Below are positions 24,645-39,124 of a DNA stretch of 64,000 nt, one piece after another (position 1 is the stretch's first letter; every line of letters starts with the position of its first letter). Position numbers and translations under genes: made by a program. This stretch comes from Camelus dromedarius (taxonomy: Eukaryota). A model generated the notes under the pieces. The model was not told the origin of the DNA, did no database searches, and worked only from the letters and a program-made list of their open reading frames with translations. The DNA lies in contig NC_087437.1 of NCBI RefSeq assembly GCF_036321535.1, forward strand, positions 89,840,001 to 89,904,000. Reading direction: 5' to 3'.

Positions 24645-26959
24645 ATCCCAGTGAGGAGCCCCCACAAAGTCAAAGGTGACCCCCGGGATGCTGTGCATCA
24701 GCCACTGCTGCTTCTCTGATCTCATCCTGCCTGATCCTTCAGGTGGACTCATGATTCCCTAAAATTAAGCCACCCACACTAAAAGAGCTCAGACCCAGAA
24801 TACACACACTTAACATACACTCAGTATTTAAGGCGTGCTAATTTAAGGAGCACTTAGATGCCTATTTATAGTGTATCACTTCCATAAACTAAATGCAGGG
24901 AATATGATCACTTAGAAATGTCAGTTTCAAATTCTTTAGATATGATCTCTAGGAGCTTTTACTATAATATTATATCATAGACTTCTGACGCACAGATGTT
25001 ATTAAACCTACAGCCATAATGAGTGACAAGAGAACTTTCATTACTGATTCAACAGTAAATAGGTGGGTAAGCACTCGGTTGTTGATATTTGGTTCCAGTG
25101 TATGTTACGGAGAACCTCAATGGCATCTTCTTTTCCTATGTTTCTTTGCTTTTGCTTCCTATTTAACACTTTTACTTTATATTGATATAGTCAGTGCTTT
25201 CTACATAATTTATTTTGCCGGAAAACTTCATTAGGTGCTATGTTACCCTCTGGGTCAATAGACAGGTCAGTAGGTATTATTATTCTACTTTGATATAGTA
25301 AGGCTAATCATAACATGAATTTTAGGGTAAATATTATGGTTTGAAAGATATGATTAACACTTTATTTAAGGCTTAACAACAAATGTTGAGTAACTGAGGA
25401 TCTACTGTGACCACATCTTAATTTGAAATCCACCAGAAAAAGAGCAATATAGGTGACATTTCTCAGAGATATGATGAGAACTCTATTTTAAGACACACAC
25501 ACACACAAAATTAAATATACCATAATCTGGACCACTTATAGAGCTTTAGATACTTGTTTAAATGGACTTTAAAATTATTTTATAAATGAATTATAGAACC
25601 AACATGGCCCAGAACTTCTGTGTCAAATAGTCTTAAACCTGAATAGTAATTGAAAAAAAGACATACCATCTGGATGACACATGTTTTCATCTGAGACAAA
25701 TATTTTCTAAACAGAGTATTATAACCATCATTATTTCAATATTTTGAGGGAAGAAGCTTCCAAACATAGTTTGCCTCAATTGGTAAAATGCCAATAGATA
25801 ATATTAATCAGATCATATGGAGATAGGCTGGAAAAAATGGTTATAGGAGTTTAGTTTCAGAAAATGTATTTGCTGTACTTTGCAGCATCTTCTGGACACC
25901 AGTTTGGGTAAACTTTTTTTAGTTTATCATTAACTCAGCCCAAAAGAGTATCTTGGGACAAAGTTACTTCAAACAGGCTCCATTATTAAAATATGATGAC
26001 AAAATAGCAGAGGGAGTTGCAGATAGATGAAAACTCTTGTAGTTACAAAATACATAGTTACAACATTACTACAAAGCCACTTTTAATTTTGCATATGGAA
26101 GCAAATCAGGCTACAGATATCTTCAAATGTCATCTCTATATTAGTGCCAAACGCTAGGAGAAAGGCTGGATGGAAAAAGTTAAAAGTACAAAGTAATGAT
26201 CTAGATTTCAAGATCCACTTAAGAAAACCAATATTATTATTTTATATTTACATTAGATTCAGGCAGTTTAAAATTATAGCCAGAACACTGCCATTTGAAA
26301 TGAGCCTTATCCCTGGAGAGAGGGACAAAATACTTTTTGATGAAGACAATTATACAGAAATACGTTCTGGATCCCGATTTTCCCCTGAATCTCGGATTGC
26401 AACTGAGAACAAGTAGAAAGATTACATCATACTGTGCTACAGGTAAATTAGCTGCTAGTTTGGGATTGTAAAATACTGCTGAATTGGTAAATAATATGTT
26501 CATTTTACACAACAAATACTGCTAGTTATAAAGTTTTAAATATGTATCTGTAAGGTATAATGGTATGAAGCAGTTTATAACTAAATAACAGCAAATTGTT
26601 AAAGAAGCTCGTAGTTATTAACATTATTTTTTAAAGCTGGTAACAGTTTACTTTGAGGTCTGTAATAGTCACATTCACAATAAAAAAGTGATAATTTTAG
26701 CACTAACATCTAATGTGAGTTCCTTAAATAAAAATTAAAAAAATAAAATAAAAAATTCATAAACACACCAACCTGGTCTAGAATGTAAAGTTGAAAAGAT
26801 AACAGACCTACAACAACAACTTCACTATATCAAATTGGAAATGAATTCTTAAGATCAGAAAGCTTTCTTTACAGACTATGCTTTATCCTAAATTTTGTAA
26901 GGTTGATACTAGCAAATCTCACAGTAAAGAAATAATTTAATGCTTTTTTTTTAAGTTTC

Positions 26960-27152
26960 CATATTTATCATTGCATAGGATTCACAAGGAAATTCTGAGG
27001 TCAGACACTGTTAATTCCAAATTGTAAATGTGGAAATTAAAGCCTGAGGGACAGTTCCAGATTTTCTCAGTACTAACCAGCTTCTAAGGAGAGGAATGGA
27101 GAAAGTTCCGAATCTTCCTTCTCCTGGCACAGGGACTTTCCCTCACATCATA
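26960..27152 (-). mobile_element. MIR fragment
   Basis: ttaattccaaattgtaaatgtggaaattaaagcctgagg resembles the antisense MIR core. Confidence 0.5.
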
Positions 27153-27451
27153 CATCTTGACTTTTAGTACCAGGTACTGATTCTTCCTACCTGTGGAACA
27201 ATAGTGCATCTACCCAGGGAAGAGAATGTTCCTATGATGATGCTGTTTTTCATAATTTCACAAACCATTTTATATGTACATATTAATAAACATGTTAAGA
27301 AGTCCCAACAGTTTACAGAAAAAAATATTTTAGAGAGAAATAAAATAAAATTGGTACTCAGGATTTTAAAATAGTCAAACTGTAAGTAAATTTATTCAGG
27401 ATGCTTGTATTTGCACCTACTGTTAAGCCTAAATCCCACCTGGGATGACTT

Positions 27452-27515
27452 CAGAGAATCAGAGAATCTCAGAGTTAGAAGATACCATTAGAGATTATGT
27501 GGTCTAACCTTCTCA
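27452..27515 (-). mobile_element. MIR3/MIRc 3'-end fragment
   Basis: agaatctcagagttagaagataccattagagattatgtggtctaacc. Confidence 0.5.
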
Positions 27516-27904
27516 GCAGTGTTGATTATCAAATACTCTGCACTCTAAATAGAGGGCAAGAGACATCAATTGAGCAGCGTACACTGCAACTGTTCATTAA
27601 TTTTAAAACTCTGAAGCATTACTTAAAAATTAAAACAAACAAATTACAATTGAGCCTTTCAACTCACTCTCTGAAAACTAGGTCTCAACATGAGTCACTC
27701 CCCTGTGACAGCTGAAAGCCAATAGAAGATCCCTAAATAGGATGTTCTTCTTAAAGTGTACCCAACATTAAACTTCCCTTGATATTTTACATTTTAAAAT
27801 AATTTTGAAGCGATAGTCCTTTATGAAAACTGGAAGCAATATTAGATATATCCATGGTTTCATTAGGAGACATAGTGTGAGGGTATTTCAAGTCAAGATA
27901 CTCT

Positions 27905-28260
27905 AATATCCATTTATTGAACACGCCCTATAAATTACAGGGATGCTATTGCTCTAGAACAAAGAATATCATTAATACAAGAACCCTGTCCTCAGGCATC
28001 TTACCACCTAGAAAAAGAAACAAATATGTAAACAAGTAATCCAAAGGGATGTAAGTGTACTAGGCTACTCCATCAGCAGTGGGATTAAGTTTTAGAAAAA
28101 TCAACTCACCAGCTACAAAAAGTTGGGTGGAAATCTGAAAAAAGAGGAGAGAGGACTTCCCAGGCAGCTGCATCAGTGAAAAGGTAAGGAGGAAAAGAGG
28201 ATCATGGTGTTGGTGGAAGGTGGGTGTTTAGCTTACTCTAATCTGAAGCTGGAATAAAAA
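27905..28260 (-). mobile_element. L2 3'-end fragment
   Basis: catttattgaacac...ccctgtcctcaggcatcttaccacctag...aaacaagtaat. Confidence 0.55.
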
Positions 28261-31200
28261 ATATGTGTTCTGTTGATGTGCTCTGCCCACTTCTACATAT
28301 AATCCATGCGAACTGCTCCACAATATGCTCATCCAACTTTTCCTTCCATTAGACCCAATGGTGGAAGGAGTAAGGAAGGGATGGGCATCAGATTCCATTT
28401 CCTAAGAAAGTAACTTGGCTAGAGCACTCAGGTAACACGCTTTATGGGCTATAGAACACTTAACGTTTAAAGGAAGCGTTCATATGCAGGCAGACACTTC
28501 CAGCCTACACTGATGCTGGCAACACAGCTATGACGACGACTCCTTAAAGCCTCACAAAACCCCCTCTTCAAAAAGATTTATGAGTAATGTGAACTAAATA
28601 ATGCATGGGACTGCAGATGCCAGCCCAAATAGCCTCTTCTTCTCAAGGTTTCAGTTCGCAGAACTGTGATCAAAAGCCTTCATCAGTCATGATAGTCACA
28701 TTTGTCCTCACTCCAAACAAATTGTATTTGCATGTGAATGTTTTTCATTGAAATGAGATATATAATATGCCAGCCAGGGCCCAACTAAAAGGCATTTTAT
28801 GCCGTTTAAATTCAGTCAAATTAAAGGCTGAATGCAACCTAAAAGGTCTACTCTCAGAACAGTAATTTGACATATCATAAATAAGAACCATTTTTTGTTA
28901 GCGTAGGTTCAGCACTTGTCAGAAAATCGTACACAGCCATATTAACAAAGTGCCGCCTCTTAGGGAGAAATAAACCATAAGGAAAACCTTGCATGTAAAG
29001 CAACAAAACATACAAACAGAGTGTCATATAGTGTCAACTGGTTCAAAATCGACAGTTTTCACTGACATTTATAAAAGAGAGGAGAAAACGTTTTAACCTG
29101 CTTGAATGCCAAGAGATACTGTCAAAAATAACTTTTCTGTTTAAAATTTAAACTAAAAATTGTATTTAGAACAAGTGAGGTCATTGCCATTTTGTTTAGA
29201 ACAAGTGGCTTTAACTCGTCAGTTTAATTCTTATGGGTAGTGGGAACTGGAAACACTGGTAAAATTATAAACTAAAAAGCCAAAACTGAGTTGAAAAATA
29301 TCAAATGTTATGAAACATTATAATAGTTTTTAAAAGACCTTGGTAATGTGGGGAGCTAAAGTTTTACTAAAAATCATGAACAGATGTTATGACTAATTTT
29401 CTAGTTCTCACTGACTAAAATATTATACATTTTGAGGGATTTTTAAATGAAAATTAATAACTGCTTTAGGCAAAAGGCTCTAATTCAAGGCTAAAGTGAG
29501 CTGTTGTAAAACAAAAAACAAACAAAATATAGAAACTCCATGATTGAAACTTCCCACACAATTGACCTTATATATTTATTATTTTAAAAATGTCCTCACA
29601 AACAATCTGTTCATAACAGACTGGGGCAGGTCTATCTATTCAATTTTCTGCAAATATCAAGTTCATTGTCATTTCTATGTCCTCAATAACATTAAGAAAA
29701 ACACTGTAAGACTGTATTTTCACATTGCACTGTCTTCATGATGGCTGGATAAAGGGTACTTTACTTACTTTTGTATCTACATCCTTCCTATCTACTAAAG
29801 AGATCTGAGATGCTTATTATACAAAATATATGAACCTCTAGAACTGTACAGAAAAATCACTAAACATCAGATATTGGCACCCAAATTCTGTTCAATGCTT
29901 AGAATCAAGTACCTGAAATTCTCAAGGCAGAAAAATAACTATATCTCACATCCTTACCAGCAAGTGATAGAAGGCTAAATATGTAGGCAAGTATTTTCCT
30001 AAGTCCTCTTTTTGTAAAATAGAAAGGCTTTCAAATAAAACTCTTCACATCTGGTTATGATGAGACTTATATCCCACACAGGTGGGGAGCATAGGAAAGT
30101 AAGAGGAAAATCCAGATTACTGATATTTTAACTCTAATTCCTTTCAAGTGCATGCTGTTAGAAAGATTAAAATAAAAATGAAGGGAATCTTACACCTTAA
30201 AAGGCAAATTCCACTGATACATTGTTTTAAAAATGCTAAACTAAGGGAATCTATATTTTTGCTTGATAAAAACTGTGGGAAAGTACAGAGGTTTACGTGT
30301 CTCCAAGAGATAAAACTGAAGTGTTTTTACATTACTACATAACATTAAATTAATCTGTATAATCTCAAACAATGCACCTTCCTGTTTTCTGGTTATGTAA
30401 ACTTCTCAGTGTAGATTTTATTCCTCAGGTTAAGAAAAGGCAAGTAAGAAAGACATCATATAACAAAGCAATACAGGCATATAATGAGGATAGTGACTTT
30501 TACCTTTAAGGAAATTTCCTAACTACATCAACTATATTTTTCAATGCCCATTTTACAATAAACTACATAATGATTGTCTTGATAGGAAATTTATATTTTG
30601 GTGAGCAAAAAAATAATGGTATTCTATACAAGGAAATGTATAAAATCTAAGAAGCTTCATTCAGAACATCAGTTCTAAGTCATAACTACAGAGAAGTAGA
30701 AATTTTACAAATTCCTCACAATTTTTATAATTTCATTTTGTCACATTAGGGGTAGATATTCGGTAAGAAATCATACCGTAATTAAATATTAATACAAAGT
30801 ATATAAAATATCAAGTAAGCCTGTAAAGTATATAGAATATAAAATATACCTGTACCTGTATAAGTATAGATTTAAATATATATATATATAATTAAAGCTA
30901 TGCCATCCCATACATGAATATCCAGTAGAATATATTGGTTATGACGGTTATCTGAACCACTTTTTCTTTGTTCTGACTTAAAAAGTAGTATATAAATTGT
31001 TATAGGCTTTTCAGCATGAAAATTAGAGAGAAACAAGCAAGGCTTTTTATGATGACCTAGATTTTCTTTTCCCATACCAATCTGTGAATTGCTTATTCAG
31101 ATACTGAGATACATATATATGTGCATTTTTCATATTTCAGTAATAGATGTCATCAATTCTGAAGCAGACATAGTCATATGTAAATAAACCACGTAAACAA

Positions 31201-32418
31201 GTCAATACAAGGAAAATATCTAATATGCTAGGGAAATTAGGACAATTCTGATGCAAAGGTACTGACTTCATAGGAAAACAACAAGGAATGGCTTGTGGCA
31301 GAAAAACGCACTATATCAGTGGGAATGCAAATGCTAATGAGAGGAAGCCAAGAGATGAGGATACAGCAGCGAATTTTCCAAGCAGACACTGATGAGGGCA
31401 GATGTAGAAAAATGATTATCAACTTTAGACCCCTAGAGCAACATGAATGAAATCACATCCTTGTGTTCTGGGAAATAAAACAGGCAACTTGGATAGGAAT
31501 AAAGAGAGGCTTTAATTATCTAAAAGTAAATTGGGAGCAACCCATGATAATACTGAAGTGGGGTTATTATAGAACACAATGTAGAGTTAATTCAGAAATC
31601 AGTTTGTTCAAAAACATCAACAGCTGGGTTTAATAATAGACACAATGAATCAGAAATGAATAAAACCTTGAGATGGAAGATTATCTGAGCAACTCTAATC
31701 ATATTATTAGATTTACTAAGGAAAATAAAAAGATAAAGAATCTATAAAAAGGAACTTATTTGGATGAATATAGTTTTAAGCAACATTTTTAAAGAGATTA
31801 ATCTGAGGTCATGCTAACAGTATACATATTCCATGAACACTTTTTCTAGATTGTATGCCACAATGAGCAAATTATATGAATGAGAAGGGGCTCACTATAC
31901 ATAATCAAAGATAAAATGTGAGGGGAATATGTAACTGTAGGGTACATTTTTCAGAGTTAAATTAGACTCCAATTAGCTTCTTTTTTCTTAGGCCTTTTGA
32001 ATGTGAAGATTAGGGGGTCAGATCCCAGACTTCTCAGACTGTTAGCAAACATTTAATGAGCCAAGCTCACAAATGGCAGGAAGTTCTGCGGGATAAGTTA
32101 AATGCCTCAACATGTGGAGTTCAAGAGAACATATAATGAAAGCCCCCAAAAGCTTATGATCCGGAGCTGAGTCCTTGTACTTACAAACCAATTGAGGGAT
32201 GATCATGGAACAAATGGAAATGCAAGAACGGGTTTTTGCAAGGTGATCAATTTTCTGTTAAAATTGCCTACACAGTGTCGCTTGTCATGTTCATGTAACA
32301 CAACTACTTGTGAAAAGCATTCAACACCAGGCCTAGAACCCCAGGCCTCATCACTTTTTGATGTGAACGTGAGCATGATGTGCTATTTCTCTGTGCCACA
32401 GAACTGAGAGATAGAGAT

Positions 32419-32501
32419 CTCCCTCACTCCCTCCCTTTCCTTCCTTCCTTCCTTCCCTTCTCCCTCCTTCCCTCCATCTGTCTACCTACCTATTTATCTA
32501 T
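32419..32501. repeat. Compound simple repeat (CCCT/CCTT)n followed by (CTAC/CTAT)n
   Basis: Directly visible. Confidence 0.9.
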
Positions 32502-32762
32502 GTAGTGGAAGATACGTATCAGTGTTATACCACAGAATTTACCAATTCATACAAACTAAAGAGCATTGAATGGTGGCAACAATGTGTAAAGAAAATAAAT
32601 AAACAAAGGTAGAGGGCACTTTTATCCAAGCTTAATTATGGGTCCTGGCAGAATTTACCAGTTTAGAATCTGACAAGACTGAGACCTCTAGGAAAAATGT
32701 GAAAGTATAGAGATATGGAATTCATAAAATGATGGCACAAAACAATGCTATACACGTATGGA

Positions 32763-33227
32763 TGTGATGGTTTAAACACATAACTGCAAATTCTTTGACA
32801 CCCCTCCCATTGAGACATGGGTTTATGTCCTGACCCTCTGAATTCAGGCAATCATGTGACCCCTTTGCTTAGTAGAGTGCAGCCAAAGAGATGCCACATG
32901 ACTTCCGAGGCTAGGAAGGCCCGGCAGATTCCATCCTGCTTTCTAAAAAACGTGTTTTTGGAGGCCTGAGCCTTCACGTCCGATTCTGACCATCTTAAGG
33001 CACTCATCAGACAAAAGTCACAAGGCACCAGTCAGTTGTGAGTGAAACTTTCTTGAACTCTACAGACCAGCCCTTTTACCAGCTGAATTTCAGTGGGTGA
33101 CTTTCATTGATGCCATAAAAAGGGAAATTCCCAGTAGTGACCTGGCTAAATTTTTGCTCCCCAGAATCATGAGATACAGTAAAATGGCTATTGTTTAAGC
33201 CACTAAGTGTTTTGGTAGATAACTAGG
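32763..33227 (+). mobile_element. MaLR solo LTR (MLT1G/H-like)
   Basis: tgtgatgg...caaattctttgacacccctcccattgaga...tgacttccgaggctagg...cagaatcatgaga...ttgtttaagccactaag...tagataact. Confidence 0.88.
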
Positions 33228-34879
33228 TTAGGGGAGGTCACAAGATCTAAACAGTGAGAAAGATGAATCAAATCTATCAATAGTTAATCTTACTTTAAGT
33301 TATTATTGCATCAGTGAACAAGCAATGCAAAGATATAAGTAACCACACAGTTGTGGCCCTCCAATCTCTCCCTAGTTCCTTAGCAGAACATACATACTAA
33401 CTTGAGTGACTAATGCAGGATGGAGCAAAGAAATCAGTATCATACTCTTTCCCTCTTATAAAAGTTCCAAATATATTTGAGCTATACAACATTGCAAACA
33501 CATACACCTATCAGTTATAAAGTATTATATAATGAACAAGAGGAAAACACCAGCAATCCAAGAAAGAGAACATCACCAATAATTTGCATCTACCCATATG
33601 CTTCTCACCTATTCTGTATCCCAATCTCCCTCCCATTTATACCACTAGGGAAAGGGGAAGGTCACGATGATATTTATCAACTGGCATGTAAACAAGTAAT
33701 TGCTGCACTATACCAAGAACTGGAGAGCTTATAATTCCCACTAAAGAAGCACAACAAGAACATAATTATTTTTTATCTGGAGTCATTGTTTCTGTGTGTT
33801 ACTTTACAAATATTTGAAAATAGGTTACTTGTTTCACTGTTACTAAGATCTTCAGCATATATGCAATTAAAATAGGGGAATAAATTGGAATTTGGTTATT
33901 TTGATTATATTGTACATCTAACTCAGCTGGAATAACTGACATTTTTCAGGATTCACAGCTGCACAGTCATTGTGAGGTTATCTAGCTGTGTGTGATTTTT
34001 ATACATCTGTCAGTTAAATCACATATACAAATGTAATATCTAGCATTGGGGAACATTATGTGGATTCATGACACTCCCTAGAGGATTATGGATCTAGAAA
34101 ACCAAGAATGAATTACAAGTGGAAAAATATATTGCTTTCATCGATGACAGATATAATCTAGCTGCAATACGGTTCGTATTATGTGCAGAAAAGCTAAATG
34201 GAGCTGCAATCAGAAACTTAGACAATAAAGTAGAGCTTGTGGCAATAAATAGGGCTCTATCAAGTCTAGTTAGTGCTTTGAATCTCCAACTTGTGACATA
34301 GTCACAATGACCTTAATACTACTCCTCTGTTTATAAAAATATTTCACAGAAGTATAACACTATAGCACAAAATCTATGTCTTTAATTTTTAAGATGAGGT
34401 GAGACATTTTTGAGAATCCAGTCTAGATGTTACAGGATACCCCAGCCGTCACCTAGCACTTCTGAGACACTATAGTCCAATATAGACATGCACATGATGT
34501 TATCACTCTAATTGAATACCAATACTTCAGGTAGATATTACATTAAAATAAACTGAAAGACAACTTAAAGAATAAATACATTTTTAAACTTCTCATAAAT
34601 ATAAAGGAACTAAAGAATGTACTGACCCACTACCAAAATTATTTCAAGCATAAATATGAATTACCAAGTATTCCAATCAATCAATAAAAGGAAAACTATA
34701 TGCTTCTAACATGTTATTTTAAAACATACCTAAAATTTAGCTTTATGTTTTCATATGAAACTATACTCCAATTATTTTATGTGCAATATTCTTTAAAATG
34801 CTGGGTTTTTTTTATAATTTGAATTCATTTTACCAAACACATACAATCCACTTCCTACTGTTATTCCAGAGAAACAAGG

Positions 34880-35460
34880 AAGTTCTTTGAGCAACTTAAG
34901 TTCACCAAAGAGACCACAATTAATAATGCAATATGGTATGTGATGGCTATAACAGAGTTATAAACCAGGATGGATTGGATCGAATGTGAGGGGCAATTTA
35001 TTTTCACTATGATGGTGTGAGAATCCTATTAGAAGGAGAGTGTTATGACAGTTCAAATTTGAAAAATTAGTAGTATCTTAATAAGCAGAAATGGGGTTGG
35101 AGCATACTTCAAACAGTGCAAGAAGACAGACAGAAGTGCTTGAACGTGGAGTGTTGCAACTTTCCACTCTGGGCTCGAAAGTACATGAGGACACAGTAAA
35201 GGAGTCCAGAGCCAAAAAGATAAACTGAAAGACTGTAAATACCACACCGATTAACTGAACTGTACTTTGCAGGTTCCAGAAACACCTTATTTGTTATGAA
35301 TTTTTTTTTTCTCGAGTAGAGCATTAGCACAACCACCATTATGTTTTTCTAAGAGAGTAACTTTGTCATCAGTATAAAGAATGAAGAAGATTAGACCACT
35401 TAGGAGGTCCTTGTTCAGACAAGGTATGATGGAGGGCTGAGATAAACTACACCAAGAAAA
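34880..35460 (-). mobile_element. Decayed L2 fragments
   Basis: agaccacttaggagg...agacaaggtatgatggagggctgaga resembles antisense L2. Confidence 0.45.
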
Positions 35461-35889
35461 ATAGAAATAAGGGGGTAAACTGTTTCTTTTTACTGAAGCA
35501 CAAAACTATATTGTTTTGGCTCATTCAATTTTTAATATACATTTTCTTCAAAACTATTCTGTGCTACAAACTTCCAACAAAGGAAGCCCAACAAAAGAAG
35601 AATGAAAGAACCTAGAATCAAGAACAGGATCAGAGTCCTTGACCTATGAAAACTCTTTAACTTCCTGACTCGTATACCTTTAATAAATTCTTCCTAATTT
35701 CAAAATGGCAAGGCAAGTAACATGTATGTGCACAGTCTGTGAAATTTCTCTATCAACTAAAGTGAAATGTCAATGGAAAAAGAATAGAAATTTGTTAAGA
35801 AATATAATGTTAATAGATTAAGAATATATATACTTACAATAAACTCATATTTTTGGGAAATTGAAGAATCATCACTATGAGACAATAAA

Positions 35890-36030
35890 TATTTAAATCA
35901 TTATTTTGACAGTTTTTTGGAGGGGACGATGGGCTACTATGATCTGGCACTAAACTCTGGAAACACAGCAACAATCAAAAAAACAACAGCACTAGACTTT
36001 AGGAGCTTACATTCTGAGAGAGAAGGTCAA
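35890..36030 (-). mobile_element. L2 3'-end fragment
   Basis: ctactatgatctggcactaaactctggaaacacagca...aggagcttacattct. Confidence 0.65.
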
Positions 36031-36124
36031 GGAGAGGGACAGAAATGTTTCAATTTAGGGTCATTTAGTTCTCATTCCATGTAACTCAGGATATGTCTAA
36101 CTGAAATAACTGGGGAAAGAATTA

Positions 36125-36253
36125 TACTCTCCACTGACAGAGTGAGGACACACGCCATGTCACTCATTTTTGGACTCCCAGGGTCCAGCAAGTGCCTGAA
36201 CACAGTAGGTGTTCAATATTCAATTCAGTGAACAAATTAATAAATGCATGAAT
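36125..36253 (+). mobile_element. L2 3'-end fragment
   Basis: agtgcctgaacacagtaggtgttcaata...gaacaaattaataaatgcatgaat. Confidence 0.7.
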
Positions 36254-36320
36254 ACATTTTGTAAATACTAATTTGGTACTTATTGATACTTTATATTAAA
36301 TACCGGAAAAACAGACATGC

Positions 36321-36692
36321 TATATTAATCTGTTAGGACTGCCATAACAAAATACCACAGAATCCTGGTTTAAACAACACAAACTTATTTTCTCACACTT
36401 CTGAAGACTGAAAGTCTGAGAGCATTGTGCTGGCAGGGTTGATTCTTCCTAAGCCCTCTCTCCTTGGCTCTTGCTGTGTCCTCACATGGCCTTTTCTCTG
36501 TGTGCACATCTCCCTGGTGTCTTTCCCTCCTGTAAGGACACTGGTCATATTGGCCTAAGGTCCCACCCTCAGAGCCTCACTTAATCTTAATTACCTCCTT
36601 AAAGGCACTGTCTCCAAATACAGTCATGCTAGTGGGTAAGGGCTCTAACATATGAATTCGGGGATGGGAGAGATACAAGTCAGTCCATCACA
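36321..36692 (-). mobile_element. MaLR solo LTR (MLT1A/B-like), full length
   Basis: ttaggactgccataacaaaataccacag...ttaaacaacacaaacttattttctcaca...taattacctccttaaagg...tctccaaatacagtca...tcagtccatcaca. Confidence 0.93.
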
Positions 36693-38929
36693 CACACTAA
36701 CTTGCTTTGTTTTATATCTTATTTCAATCACTGTTGTTATTGTTGTCATAATAGATAAGAAAAACTGCTCCTTAGTCTGAAGAAAGACAGATCAGATAGC
36801 CTTCAAAAAAATACTTTAAGTTTAAAGGGTTTATTAGAAATATCTCCAGAATTTCTCAAAACCACCAACAGCCAGTCATCCCTTTCCTTGTATCTATTTC
36901 TCAAGAAAAATATCTTCCTTTCTTTGTAAGTTTTTAATGGAGTTTAGAACAGCTGGTAGGGTGGGATGTAGGGGAAGGAAAAGGTATCCTTTCAAACTGC
37001 ACCATCAAAATATACTAATGAGCTTCCCTCAGGGACAATGAACAAGAACTGGAATAAGTGCTGAAATAGGGCTTTGCACTAAATATCTCTGATCTCATAG
37101 TTTAAGAAACCTAATGGCCTCTACGCCTTGGAATGGAAAATAACTGGCAATCAGTAACCAGAGGGTAAGTTATTCAATCACTGATGGTGTATAAACAGGA
37201 TGCATTAAATCAACTGATAGTTAAACTGATGATTTCACCAGCCCAAACTTCAAAATAAAAAACTTCCATAAAGCAAAAGAAGGATTAAAATTGCAGGTTC
37301 AACTAATTAAACTGGAAGGACTGGAGTTTAAAATATTTAAATTTACTCTAAAAATTATAACATGCTCACTCTTTTCCTCAATATTTTCTACACCTGAATA
37401 TTTGACTTTCTAACTTCTTTTTTCTCTAGTAGCTTCAATACTTTCTCTTAGTAATATCAAGATTTCACAAAATTTGTGGCTTAAATGACCTTATTATATA
37501 CAGAATTGCTAGGTAGTGCCAAATGTGCACTGCATAAACATGTCTGGTTGAATTTCAACCTGCACCTCATTGGCCAAGATGTGACTCTGGAGCCGGCTGT
37601 TGGAAGTCTAAGGAATGCTTTTCTTTTCTTCTTCCAAAACTGCCATCTTCTTGCCTACACCCAACAGTGTACGCCTGCCTGCCAGGGATGAGGCACCTTT
37701 TTCTAAGTTGCCCTATGGGATAGTTGTTGCTCTACATAAATGGAATAGTCAGCCTAGTTTTCAGTGGAAACTGGTCATCAAGAATACTGCCCGATGTCCC
37801 AGGAAATTCTGCTTCTCCTAACAATGAAGTGTGCTACTAAGAGACAGCAGGAACCAGGTAACACATTTGTTTCTCTTTTTACCTTGGCTGCTAGGAAGCA
37901 ACATGCCAGCTGGTACACTCAGTTTTGCTCCTCTTATCAGCTAGGGTAGCATGACATTCATTTCCACTCTATCCATCTCTCTCCTCCCTCTATTTATGTC
38001 TCCTTTTGTGTGTTTTGATTATCTTTTAATTGTATTAATCAGTTTGAATTTTCTCATAGCTGTGCCTTCTCTCTAAATGTCCTGTACTTTTCATTCTCCC
38101 CACAGAAACTTTACATACACAGGCTCTACCGACTTCCCCAGTGGATCTGAATCCCCCAGGCAGGCAAGTCACTGGGGTTCACACTAGTGGTAGAGGCATT
38201 GTGCTGATTCTATCCATCACTAATTCCTCAGCCCCATTCCTGAGAAGGCTCTACTATCTCCGTTCTCTTATTTCCTCTCCTATAGTAGAAAAGCATGAAG
38301 CAACTCCTTTCTAATCAACTGCCTGTCACATTTCCCTTGTATCACACTTCAGAGACTGTCAGCAAAGAACCTCAGTCATCTCTTGGCTTCTCTTTTTGTC
38401 CAGATCCAATCATATGTAAATGCTGTACTTTCCAATTATTTTTCAGAACCTTCTCTGTTTTTCCTTTCCTGTTGTCCCTATCCTAGCAAGCTTCCCATTA
38501 CTTCATAAATAACTTTATACTCGTATTTCATATGCGTGACTCTGGGAAGAAGACTCATGTCTTATTCATCTTCACATTCTTCACAGGCCCTATCTTTAAG
38601 CACAGTTGGATTTTATTGGTTCTTCCTACCCCTTTTATAATTGCTTCATAAATGATCTGCTCATTTTCAGTATCTTTTTTTTAATCAAATCTATACCTCA
38701 CATCTTAGAAATTCCTAAAGAACAGCTCTAAACATGTCATGACCCAGCAATTCCTTATTTTCAATGAAAAATCTATATCATTTGCCAATCTAGTCTCAAC
38801 TTGTCTTTCTGTACCTATTTATTCTGTCCTCACTAACTCTTGATAATCTCTGCTCCAGTCAGCTGTCCTGAACTGCTTCACCTTAGCTGTCCTCTATGAT
38901 GCCTCTACTTTAACTTCATTTTATACTTA

Positions 38930-39050
38930 ACTCTCCTCTCTCTACACACACATGCATTTATGCTCATATATCTACACTTACATAGACACACACATATATA
39001 TATATATTTATAAACACACATACATACACATTTACTACATATAAATACAG
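38930..39050. repeat. Degenerate (CA)n/(TA)n microsatellite
   Basis: Directly visible. Confidence 0.85.
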
Positions 39051-39124
39051 AATGTTGAGCTACATTATGTTTTACTGTTTTTGTATTGGTGCCCAACTTT
39101 TCATGATTTTATCTTTGTAGTATT

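Noticed and set aside
34119..34301. 60-aa ORF with protein-like composition (MEKYIAFIDDRY...)
   Set aside because: GTG start, antisense to CADM2, no recognisable homology or convincing splice sites.
35890..36253. Oppositely oriented L2 3' ends as a miR-28/151-type hairpin precursor
   Set aside because: Tails point outward rather than tail-to-tail, and the copies are too diverged for a compact stem.
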